A model generated the notes under the pieces. That model had not been told where the DNA came from. It did no database searches and saw nothing but the letters and a program-made list of their open reading frames with translations. A DNA stretch of 60,758 bases, taken from Basidiobolus meristosporus CBS 931.73. Taxonomy: Eukaryota > Fungi > Basidiobolomycota. The translations under genes and the position numbers were made by a program. Every line of letters begins with the position of its first letter. Within the stretch, counting starts at the first letter, position 1. Below are positions 37,214-48,399 of the stretch, piece by piece. The stretch lies in contig MCFE01000538.1 of the NCBI GenBank assembly GCA_002104905.1, positions 1 through 60,758 of the forward strand, written 5' to 3'.

Positions 37214-38653
37214 ACTACTAGCAAGCCACTAGAACAGGAAGGAGAAAAGGATTACGACCTGTGGCATTATGGCATGACTCCTCTTTTAATAACATAGTCC
37301 CACGGATGATAACCAATAGGATAGCGTGTGGAATTTTTCTGTTCTGACGATGTTGGCTGGAGGGATGTCACGGTGTCAGCACACTCATTTAGATCTCCAC
37401 CTATCTTAATACCCACACACATCCGTACACATCCCATCGGTTTTCTCACCAATTGCGGCCTCCATTAAAGACCACCCCCCTTCCCACTGGCATCGCCCAG
37501 GATATCCCGAGCCCAAGCCTAGCGGCATGGTGGAGTTGGCGGAGCTTTCGGCCCTCATGTCTGCTCTTTTGCCAGAGGGCTGTCTAAGGAAGGTTAGCAC
37601 TTTCCTCTCAACATGGCGACCGTGAGAACATATTCCACATATAGATGGCCACTACGTGGCCCTCATCAGTGCTGATAGCAGTGTGTTTTGTGGAAACTTT
37701 CCCACGAGTCGGGTTAGGATAGTCCCATTATGTGAGCTTAGAGGGGATGGGCCATTCTCCGATGGGATTGGAGAGATCATGTGTTTTGGAGAGGTCTTGA
37801 AATTGTCAATTTCGTGCTTTTACGGAGGGGAGTCTGATTGACCTGACTTCATACTGTTGCACCGTATCATCAGATGAGTGGCTGACAAGAGAATCTTCCC
37901 ACGATCTTTCCTCCAGACCAAGCGATTGGTGACGTGACGGTGGATTCTTTATTGAATCCCTGGTTGAAAAATGCCTAAGCAATGGGTTGATCTGTGGCGA
38001 GGCAACCAAGAATGAAGACGGGGTACGACCTGATTTATTTCACGATGTGTGATTGGCCCCCTGCGCATTGCGAGTGCATATTCCAACCTCCATCAACCTG
38101 TGGAAATCAGGCTGAGCTCGCTCATGACGATCACACACACCTTATTTACAGTATATAGGGGTTTCTACTTGAGCCCCCTATCGCAGCATTGCCGACCACT
38201 CAACCCAGAGCTGGTTTGTTTTGGGGACACCCATCCTACTTGCACTGGCTTGGTGTTCTTTGAAAAAGTGATGAATCGTGGCCCTGGTTTGGCTGCATCA
38301 AGGGCACCCCGACAGCAAGACCCCAGCCTCAGTGTGGGTATGGATTAATCGCTCAGGGGAAGCACACCAGCTCCTCGGGAGATGGGCGTTGCTGAGGAAC
38401 TTGTTGGTTTACAAGCTGCCGGCTCCTTGAGGGGGTCATTCACATTATGCTTTGGCAGAGTGTGTCAGAGACTATATCTGAGGGTTGTCACAAGCCTTCA
38501 AAGTGTACCCCATGTCTGTGGCATTGCCATAGACTGCCAAGTCTTACAATTCTTCAAGCTGTTTATTTCTATCCATAAATCTAAGGTATAATGAGGTGCA
38601 TTCAGATTGAAATGTGTCGGAGTGCAAATGGTTTGGGGCAGGGATTGGCTAGC

Positions 38654-40852
38654 TTAACGGCTCTGGACACTTTCGCTATCCTCATCGAATTCCTCGTAGT
38701 TGGGGAATATTTTCTCGCCTACTTCTGCGATGGTTTTAACTAGCTCATCCACCTCATCGAAGGTTAGGCGCGGGTGGGTGATGATCCTAAAGAAGATTGG
38801 CAATGGCTCGGGATGATGGAGAGGGGCATAATCAAACTAGAGCACAGCAAGATTGGTGACATTATCCAGCCGACATGTGGCAACATTCTTCGCACACTTA
38901 CCATAAATCTACCAGATCTCCTCATATAAGCATGGATCTCCTTGGTTACTTGAGCTAGATGGTTGCCGAATACCTCCGCATTGATCTTCTCAAGCGACAA
39001 ATCCAATGATTCCGGGATATACCTGAAGTCGTAGAATTCAGTGGCCGGGAAGTGATGCTTTGGCATTGATGGAAGAGCCTACCAGAAACACACATTCAAA
39101 TTGACAGGTTTAGCAACCAGGCGGAAGCGTGGGTGCTCTGAAAGCTTATGGTACATGTATTGTGCCAAATCAAACCCACGATCAACCCTGATCTCGAATC
39201 CCTGTATGAAGTTGTTTTGGGGTTAGAACAAGTAGAATCTGGTGCATCATCCCTAATATTGGCGATCGGTTTCACCTTGGCTCCCCGATACTTCCATGCC
39301 AAAAACATCTTCACAGCGTCTGGTCGACGTCCACACCCGACAGTACCATCCCCAAGGTCGTAATGCTCTCCGTGGAATAGGTATTCCGCGTTCAATGCAT
39401 TGAACTTCTGTAAGACGTGGGGATCTTTGGTAAGGAGATACGAGCATTGCAGCGGAATGCCAAGCATCTTGTGAGGATTGATGGTGTAAGAGTCGGCCTA
39501 AACGTTCGATGGGAATCCATGGTTATATCTACGAAGTCGATCCGTAAAACAAGCTAACTTGGCAGAAATACCAGTTCCGATCCATCGATCAAATGCCGGA
39601 GTTTGTTGGAAAACATGACTGAGCCTCCCCAGCTCCCGTCGACATGAAACCAAAGACCGTACTTTTGGCAGATAGCGCCAATTGCCCTTAGGGGATCGAA
39701 AGCTCCCTATTGAACAATGGTGAGTGCCAGGATAGCTTTTGCGTCGTGGCTGTGGCCGTGGCCGATCCATACCAATACTGTTGTCCCAGCAGTGCCATTA
39801 ACAAAAAAGGGAGATTCACCACGGGAAATGGATTGCTGGATGCACTTTTCTAGAAAAGATCGATTATATCAGCGAGACTGGCTAATCCATCGGCCCATGT
39901 CGTCGATTTACCAAGCTCCTCAGGAATCATTGTTCCGTGGTCCGTACAGGGCACACTAATGAGATGGTCAGTCCCAATACCCATCATGATTGCTGCCTTC
40001 TCAAAGGAATAATGGCTATGTGCGGATGTGAACATCGTTAGGACCTCACCACGACGAAATCCTTCCTAGACCCCTGGTTAGAAATGCTCCCAAGATGAGA
40101 GATCACGCCGCATCGTTACCCGTTTGATGTGAGGAAACTTCCGATTTCGCGCTGTTATAACGGCCAGTTGATTCGAAGCAGATCCGCCGGGGCATGTAAT
40201 ACCACTGCCATCCTTGATTGACGTTTGCTTAGTTAAAGCCAAGATGCGAGTGACGCACGAAGCATACTTTAAATCCAATAAACTCTGCCATCTTCCGAGA
40301 TGTTTTGATTTCCATCATGGTGGTTACTGGAGATACGTGGTACACATGGTTGTTTGAATTCAAGACGCCTAGAATCAACTCGCTGATGACGCCTATTGAA
40401 CAAGCAAACCTGGCAGTCAGCCACTGCCCTCCAGCAACAAAAAGCGGGAAAAATACCGATGGGATCCGTGCCGGAATAAAGTTTATCAATAAATCTGTTG
40501 TTCCACGACCGAACACTACATATCGACCGCAACGGTTAATAGTGACTGGTGGCAATATTGCTCTAGACGGCGTACCTATATCTCAGCATTCCTTGAATGG
40601 TATCCAATATCCCTTCTGGACCAACCCCTTTTTCGGTCAACTCGAAGTCGAAGATTTTCTCAAGCTCTTGGGGAGAGTGAGGGTCGATAACCGAAACGCC
40701 TTCTTGTTGGCACTGGTTGACATCTGAAAATGAAATGAAATTGAGTTACCTATCCTCCATCAAGCCAAAAGAAATGCCGACGTACATTCTACTAGAACGT
40801 CCTTGGTTTCATTCAAGAGTTGGTCTAGCTCGACAGCGTCGTTGGAAGTCAT
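38654..40852 (-). CDS. Group II PLP-dependent acidic amino-acid decarboxylase (GAD/CSAD/GADL1-like), multi-exon
   Basis: DKLYSGTDPI/GVISEL, PGGSASNQLA, SAHSHYSFEKAA, AGTTVLGSFDP, INPHKMLG (PLP lysine), DLGDGTVGCGRRPDAVK; ATG at 40852. Confidence 0.9.
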
Positions 40853-41695
40853 GGAAAAGGAGCAGCAGAGTTTAAAGCCACAAGGGTGGATAGTGAACGA
40901 GGAGGTAGCAGAGGAGTATGCTTTGGCTTCGAGTATTGACCAGTCCTGGTAACCGAGCCTAGTCTGAAAAAGTACCCAATGAAAGAGACAGCAATACCCG
41001 TCAGTGGTCGTTTAAAGTAGGTAGACGATTGATCTCCCCCAATTATCATTAGTAAGATGAAAAGCACCTTTCGCCGAAAGTGGCACCGACTATTCCTCAA
41101 TGTGACTTCAAAACTAACCAAAATCCCTGGTCATATCCAATGGTATGCTGCATAGAGCGATCGAGGTTATTCGCTACCAATGTGAGCCGATTCTCATAAG
41201 CAATCTCACCGTTATCTGCCGGATCAATTTAACATCTGGAATTGGTGTACATAATCATAATTGATGGTTGAGACTTGCACGGGATCCACCTTCTTGACCT
41301 ATGAAATAGTACATTGTGGTTGGAAGAGTGGAGGATGCTGCGCCAAAAGAACGGGTTTCAGCTTCATCGCGAGATGGGTGCCAACTATGAGCTAATGGAT
41401 CTCGCGCCATCTCGAAAGGGGCTCCGGGGAATTGACTCTACATTACGACATGGTTCCAAGAATGACGGCGTTCGAGTTTACGCTGAAACCATGAGGTGCA
41501 TTGCCCTACTGTGCTCGGCGAGATAGGCCGACAAAGCTGCACATGGGCTCCGTGGGTTGATGAGATATTTCCTAAGAGTTTCGGGTCGGTTTATTTTGAG
41601 GTTGTGTAGTTACAAAAGCGCTTCTATAGTATAACGTCCGAGGAGGGGGTGGGAGGTGGGACACATGCAGGTCGATTAAGATGATGGTACCGGGT

Positions 41696-42646
41696 CTAGC
41701 GTCCATCCCTTTCTTGATTGCCGTTCACCAATTTCCAGGCTGGATCGAACCCACATGATCTCTCGTCATTTCGTAAGTTAGGGTTGGGAAATGTGTTGTT
41801 GACACACCCTAGTGAAGTATATCTAAAAGCGAGATAAGCGCCTGACCCTTCCCAAGGTTGAATCTCAACTTACCCAATGTTGTAGAGTGGACAGTAAGGG
41901 ACCTGGAGATCTAACAGGAAATCCCAGATATCACTGTAGTCCCAGTCAATAATAGGGTGAATGCGCATCATCGTTGGCCAACCCGGATCTGTTGGCAGGA
42001 AATGGGTCAGCTTAGCTGTCGTTGAAAGGAGGCATGTCAGTAAGGGCAGCGTGCGTCGAGTTCGGTGACGATGTGAAAATACCTCCATGAGGATCTGTTC
42101 TTCTGGTGCCGACCAATACAGCCTTTATTTCCGGCCTTTGGTCGAGGTAAGACTGCAATCCTTGTTTCATTGGGCCTGGTGTGCTAATGAGATCCAAACC
42201 GTAGTTACGAACGCAGTCTTGTACGAACTCCTCAACTTCATCGAAGGGTCGTGGAGTTCTGACATACACCGATTTTATCTTGCTATGTAAAAAACTACCC
42301 CGATTCCCTCCACTTTGAAGATGTCTTTGGTAGATCACTGCGGCCAACAAGTGAAGCAGTACGGTGCAGTCTTTACCGCCATTGAAGCTTATGGCCAGGC
42401 CATTCGAACTTTCCGAGCACTGGTTAGGTGGGGATCAAATATGCAACACAGAAAAGCGGGAACATACCCGTACAGGTCCAAAGCTCTCTCCATGACCTGA
42501 AGTGCCTCAAGGGTCCTCGACCCGACTGAAGTGTCGAGTTTGCTTAGTTCGTAAACTTTCTTATGGATGCTCTCGAAGTCATAGCAGTCACAACCGTTGG
42601 CGTGGTATGCTGAAGTTGTACCAAGGTCCCTTTTGAACTCGACCAT
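41696..42646 (-). CDS. FAD1: FAD synthetase (PAPS-reductase fold, yeast Fad1 type), multi-exon
   Basis: [56 protein letters not shown]. Confidence 0.9.
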
Positions 42647-44356
42647 AATCAGTATTGGTGCAATTCACGTAGTATAGAAGACAGAAATTGAAAAGGCTCA
42701 GAACAGGATTAACAACGGTATGGGGAAGATTAATTGGAATTTCGCCCAGGTGCATCAGGTAACTTATATCCAAGCTAACAGGATTTGAAACAATTTTTTT
42801 GCTACCCTTCGACAGCATTGGATTTTGCCTGGTTTCCGTCGAATGTCCAACATGGGTGGTCGAATCATCTTGCCTACAGGCCTAATGCTTAGTAGCTAAT
42901 GTGAGCCATCCCACTGTATCCCAGAAAATTTGCCAAATTTATTAGCCTAAATTCCCAGATCACCACGGATCCTGTCACCCAACCGAAACACATCGGCTCC
43001 AAGGGATGTGCGCACGTGATCCCGCGGGCCGTCCATATGAAACAAGGCAATCAGTAAAGTGTATTTGCAAGAGTGCATAACCGCTTCCAAGCCAGGAGAT
43101 GTATGGTTGCATAAGCAATGGTGAAACTAGATGTATTTATCAGAGTTGTGCATAAGCGGCAGCCCACCAATCACAGTATGTGTGGTAGGTGCATTCACCG
43201 AAGATCATGGATAAACTTGGCTTTAGGCATGAAGGTAAGCGGCCCCAGAAATTGCTGTGTCTCAACAGATCAAAACAATCGGCCTTATGAGAGGGCGAAA
43301 TGGTGACTAGAGGGTGATGATGCATAGGAATACGAGTGGTTACATGAACACATTCTTGGCTAAGATCTACAAACTAGCCATTGCCAAGGCAATCACGTCC
43401 ATCCAACGCCGCCCAGTTTGGAAATGGTACCTGTGTTCTTATCTCTGCCATTGAGATGGCGATTTTGTTCATTGGTTCATGGCGTACAGGCCAAGATAAG
43501 CAAGCGAAAGCGTCAGTGGAGCAAGAGTTTATCGTGGCGTTTGGGTTAGGTGAGGGGGGGATTTTCTGGGAAAGCGCCATGCCGAACAAGCAATCCCTTG
43601 GTATATCCTCGTTACAATGCACCCTCTGATCATTTACATTAGGGTTTGCTGAAATTAGGATCAAATCCTTCCTACGCCAGCCTTGGAATGAAGAAACATG
43701 AGCCATCCGTGGATTTTCCATGGGGTATTGTTTAGTTTTCGAAGCTTCACAGAGAAATCGAACCGCCACTACATTGCTTATATACAAGTCCCAGCTCTCC
43801 TCTATAGTTACGCCAGGAACGGCTATTCAATTGTGCTGAGAAGGCCCCGTTCGTTTGGGTTTCGGGTAAATTCGGGAGTATATATCTTAGCCCTACCCTT
43901 TTCGCACCAGCCTATACTAGTCTAGCCAAGCTCCTGCTCTACTGTACTTGCCAGAGTAGCCCGTTTTGCGTTGCGAAGAGATGGGTTGCAAGTTGAGAGG
44001 CGGGCATCCGTCAGGTGGTAAATACAGACAATGTTTATTCAACATAAGGTTGCTTATCGAATATACGTATATATAGGGCTGCGCAGAATAAAGAGGCCCG
44101 GGAAGAGTTTTTGGTTTGAAAGATATATACACTACTAAGAATCCCGAACTACATGACATTCAGGATATCTGCCCAAGGAACGATTGCATCCCTGAGGAAA
44201 ACAGTTGACTCTGCCCCAAGCAGAATCAATGTTGGAGCATTTGCACCATGCAAAATCCCTCGGAAATGAGTAGAAGGTCAGGGGTTGAGTAATCGTTGAC
44301 GGATTCAGAGGATGCTAACTACAATACGTAGTATCTTATCTTGGCTACTTCAATCC

Positions 44357-46020
44357 TCAAGGCAGCTGGTTTTTAGGAAAAACGAACGTTCCTTGCGATG
44401 GTTGCTGCTTACTCGCAGGTTTTGCAGGCGGCTCCTCGTTCTGAGCGCCCTTTTTAGACGTGCGCTTTGAGCTTTGCCCTGTCTCATATCTTTGGCGCTT
44501 CTTTATCACATCCGTCTTCATGGAGAGTGGGCGCTTCTCATGATGCAACTTCAGGCTGGGGTATTGGTTAGTATCCATTGGATTAGGTCGCTGGGCGAGA
44601 AGGGATCAACTTACTATAAGCCACATGCATTGCATAATGTTGCCCCTTCTTCATCCCGTCTCCACAGCGGGGTAGTTGTGGTTAGACAATTGGTGCATAC
44701 CGGCTGAGACTGAGAATCATCGGTGCGAGAGTCCTTACGTACCACGTGTGGTTTCATAGTTTTGGGCCTAGCCATATTATGAAGCTTCAAACTTCGAAGA
44801 GGAAAAGATAGGTTAGCAATGAGCTCCAAGACTCATTCTCTAATACCCAACTCTACTAACTATAATCCACAGGCGTTACAAAGAAGCTCGTCGTTTGCCG
44901 AACGTCTCCACAAAGGGGTGGATGTTACCCCACAATTCTTGCAGCTCAACTTGCTGTCATTATTGATGGACGAGTTACCAGAACTTGCGCTCGAACTAGA
45001 AGAAAGGGGCGGGGTCTGAGAAAGTACCCCATCTTGAGATGGCATCTGCTGCACCTGAAACACCTGCTGGGAAACCACCTCTGATCCTGGCAAGGCATCC
45101 ATGGAGCCGTGAACGGATCGAGTAACTGTTGTGTTGAGATTGGTGCTCTGATTCATGGGACCAGGGTTGCCAACTGTGGAAACCATGGAAGATAAAGAAG
45201 AATGCTGAAGGTAGTGGCTGCCATTTGAGAAGGTGGATGATGGATTGAGGGGATATCCTGCTGCCCCGAGCTGCAAGCTAGATGATTGTTCATACCACTG
45301 ATTGTTGTATAAATGGCTTGACATCGGATCAATGACTGACTCCGGTTCAATAGAATTAGCGAGGGTGGCGGCATATGGCTCCCAGTTGCTAGGCCCAGCA
45401 ACGTCTTCAAACGGGATTTCAAGAGAGGGTGGTTCATCGAAAGCGCCTAGAAAAGCCGAGGCGGCATAGGTTCCAAAAATGTCCTCAAGTCCGATAATTT
45501 GTGGTGAGCTACGGGCAGTACCAGCACCAAAACCAGAACCAGCTGCAGTAACACCCGTATTTCCTTGCGCTTTACATGCAAGAGAGGGCTGGGCGGGGGG
45601 TTTCGGAGGGATGAACGATGGACTTGCCATCGTTTGTCGAGGTGGCTCTTGCATAGCGGGTGAGGGAGTGATATGTGGTTCAGGTATTTCTGGTAAGGGG
45701 GAGGTGATAGCCGTGGGTGGTTTATTCATGGAGCAGCTTGAGGATGAACTGGTGCTCAGAGCACCATCGTCGTCCAGTTTTTTGGTAGTTGCAGCGGTGA
45801 TTTTCTTGAACTGATTTTTGGATTTCTTTTGCTGGTCAATCATCATCTTGTGAAGATACCACAAACGCCAAGATAGGTTTTCAAGGCGGTTTCCATTTTC
45901 CAAGGAATCCTTGACCTTGGTGCAGACCCGCCAGGTTTTCTGGAGCTCTTCCTCTGTCGTAAGGTTGGAGAAAGAAGAAAAGGATTTATTCCCCTTTATC
46001 TTTAACACGATAGGTGCCAT
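44357..46020 (-). CDS. GATA transcription factor: N-terminal DUF1752-like motif plus two tandem CX2CX17CX2C fingers, 3 exons
   Basis: [10 protein letters not shown] near the N-terminus; [32 protein letters not shown] and [50 protein letters not shown]; introns 44792-44860 and 44556-44614. Confidence 0.92.
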
Positions 46021-47027
46021 AGGTTGTTATGGGTGATTCAGTGGGTGATAGATGTGAAATGGGGGGGGATAGCTAGACCTTGGGAGCAAATAGAGATCTA
46101 AACATGCAAGTACTGTATTGTAGTAGAAGATTCCAGTGGTAGTGTACTCAGTAGTGTACTAGTCTCGTTTTCCAGTAAGAAGTATTAACAAACTAGAGTA
46201 TTAGCGATACTATTTAAACTGGCAGTCTCACGAGGTCATGGAATAGCATCTAAAAGGAGGCGGATGAGCGGAATAAGACCATTCAAAGAGGGGATGAGCA
46301 TCCTATTGGCGGATTCGGCCTGACTCGGGGTTAGAAAGTGTTGATTGAACCTGCTTAAATTGGGTGGCGATGATGGATTTCCTAATAGCCAAAGTACGAC
46401 TGTTTTGTTTGATATCCTTCAAGATCAAATCTAGCGCTCCCCTTATCTATATATGGAGATTATCCACTCTACGCCATGTTTTTGGGATCTGAATATGGTC
46501 TGCGAGTGTGAACGTGTGCACAGAATGCAGCTGGCTTCTCGTTTTAGCGATTGAGACTGGCGATTTTAGCCAAGGTTTTACTAATCGGCAAAAGATCCTC
46601 TGGAAGCATCCGTTGAGGCGGTCTCCTTTGAAAGCCTGCTAAATGCATGAGGATGGCGTTGTTGCCCGAGAAGTCCTTGCCTTGCGCGCCAGAGAAGGGA
46701 TTCTTGCCTTCGGGCACCATTGACATATGACGCACATCGTTGCCCAAATGTGTGCTTTGCTTATCTTGAGCGGGATATCACTGGCAGCCTGCTCAAGCTC
46801 TAGTTTCATTTTGGCCCACATATCAGGTTTATTATATTACAAGATCTCACACAAGGTATTCCAAAATATGGGGCCGATTGATTGGCTACTAAGGAATGCA
46901 TCATTGAAGATCACTGATCCTGTAAGCGCTACTTTGCAGAAAGTCAGAGGATGCGATCATACGGCATGTCGGGAAAAATACACAAGGTAGGCGTTGGGAA
47001 TTCCCCGCACTCTACGAAGATCGTGAG

Positions 47028-47765
47028 TCACTGTTTACTATCAGGAACAGCAGGAGGGCTATCTCCGGTCGCTCCGTACTTTTGACGTGTACGACGTGCT
47101 TTGTTGGCCTTCTTCTTCTGTATCTTCTTGATCTTCTGCGCGCTCTTGGACATATCTCCGTTGTGCATATCGTCCAATTTCCGTATCAGGAGTTTCCGTG
47201 CCTCTTTACGATTAAGACTTAGGGATCGGGTTTTCTGGCACTATTATAGAGTACGTGAGATGACAACTAAACGGGAGCCAGGGTAAAAGCGCCTTACCTG
47301 CACCCTAATTCCGGACGGAATATGCAATAGGTCCACGTTGCTATTTGTTTTGTTTATTTTTTGCCCTCCGTTTCCACTGCCCTTCACGAACTTTTCGACT
47401 AGATCCTCTTCGTTCAAAACAATTTTAATGGGTTTATGTTTAGGAAAGCTAGTAGGGGTCTCAATATCGGATTGCTCAAGAGCTTCATCTTCTGTAATGA
47501 CATCCACCTGGTCTTCATCGATGTCCGCCTGAGTGTGGGTGCTATCTAACCATTCAGCTTCCAGCAAATTAAGTTGAGCTTGCAGATCCGCTTTGTTGGC
47601 TCTGCTGCTAAACAAACGGAGGGAGGTGGTGCCTCGAAAAGTGCACAACAAGGGAAAGCATTGGGTAAAGGCCTTTGTACGAAGGAGAAGTGGCTGTGGG
47701 GAGACCTTGGTAATAAGTGCAAGTGGGTTGAGCACCACCCTCAACGGCCGGAAGGTATAGTGCAT
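47028..47765 (-). CDS. Mitochondrial rescue release factor (C12orf65/mtRF-R family), 2 exons
   Basis: Presequence-like N-terminus; EEDLVEKFVKGSGNGGQKINKTNS (GGQ); CQKTRSLSLNRKEARKLL; Lys/Arg-rich tail; no codon-recognition domain. Confidence 0.88.
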
Positions 47766-48399
47766 GGTGACAGAAGAATCGCCAGAGCAGTAATTTGAAT
47801 GGTAAAAATTTTCCAGCAACTTCTGATCCTGGATCCAGTCACGCAAATGCACCTCTACACCCAATATGATCCCCATGTGGTTATGTCACCGGTTTGCCCG
47901 CCAGAAACTAGGGAAGAAATGAATATAGCTGCGGACCTAGAACCTAGCATTCATACTTGCCTCTAGCCCCCGTCTAGGTGTAGACTCATTTGGCTAACAA
48001 TGGACCCGCTCTGTGAATGCTGACTGCCCCTGATCATTCATCAAACAAGCGGTTTGTGGTTTCCTGCAGCCAGCTCCGATTCCGATCATCATCACCCTAT
48101 TGGCCGCTTGATACATTCGACCGTCACAGGATCTGGGGAGATTGACACTGCTGAGCAAGATGGATTCCTCCAGACGGGTTTCACCTCGGGCAACACCAGG
48201 TTGTCTTGGATCACGCCAGCGCTTCGGGCTAGTAATTAGCTTGGCCTTGCTACCACTAGGGTACGTTAAATATCAGCACACTGAAACTGCAGACCACCTG
48301 TTTGCTCCAGTTGGACTGCCAACTTGAGGCCTATCTTATCGGGCCACAGGCAAACAAGATGCACCCAGAATAGATTCCCAAATCTAGTCAATAGATCTC

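Noticed and set aside
38200-38620. CpG-poor patch between the acyl-CoA dehydrogenase and decarboxylase genes
   Set aside because: Could be a small TE remnant, but I found no termini or protein motif.
41735-41770. tRNA T-loop-like GGTTCGATCC on the minus strand
   Set aside because: Lies within the FAD1 coding exon and has no cloverleaf.
21534-42646. Apparent sulfur-themed cluster (siroheme synthase, Ecl1, CSAD-like decarboxylase, PAPS-reductase-fold FAD1)
   Set aside because: The genes are spread over 21 kb among unrelated housekeeping genes, and FAD1 is not a sulfur enzyme.
43100-43800. Overlapping ORFs on both strands (43374-43787, 43381-43629)
   Set aside because: No coherent spliced model or domain.
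46430-46470. GATA-like sites upstream of the GATA gene (possible autoregulation)
   Set aside because: One or two hexamers are expected by chance.
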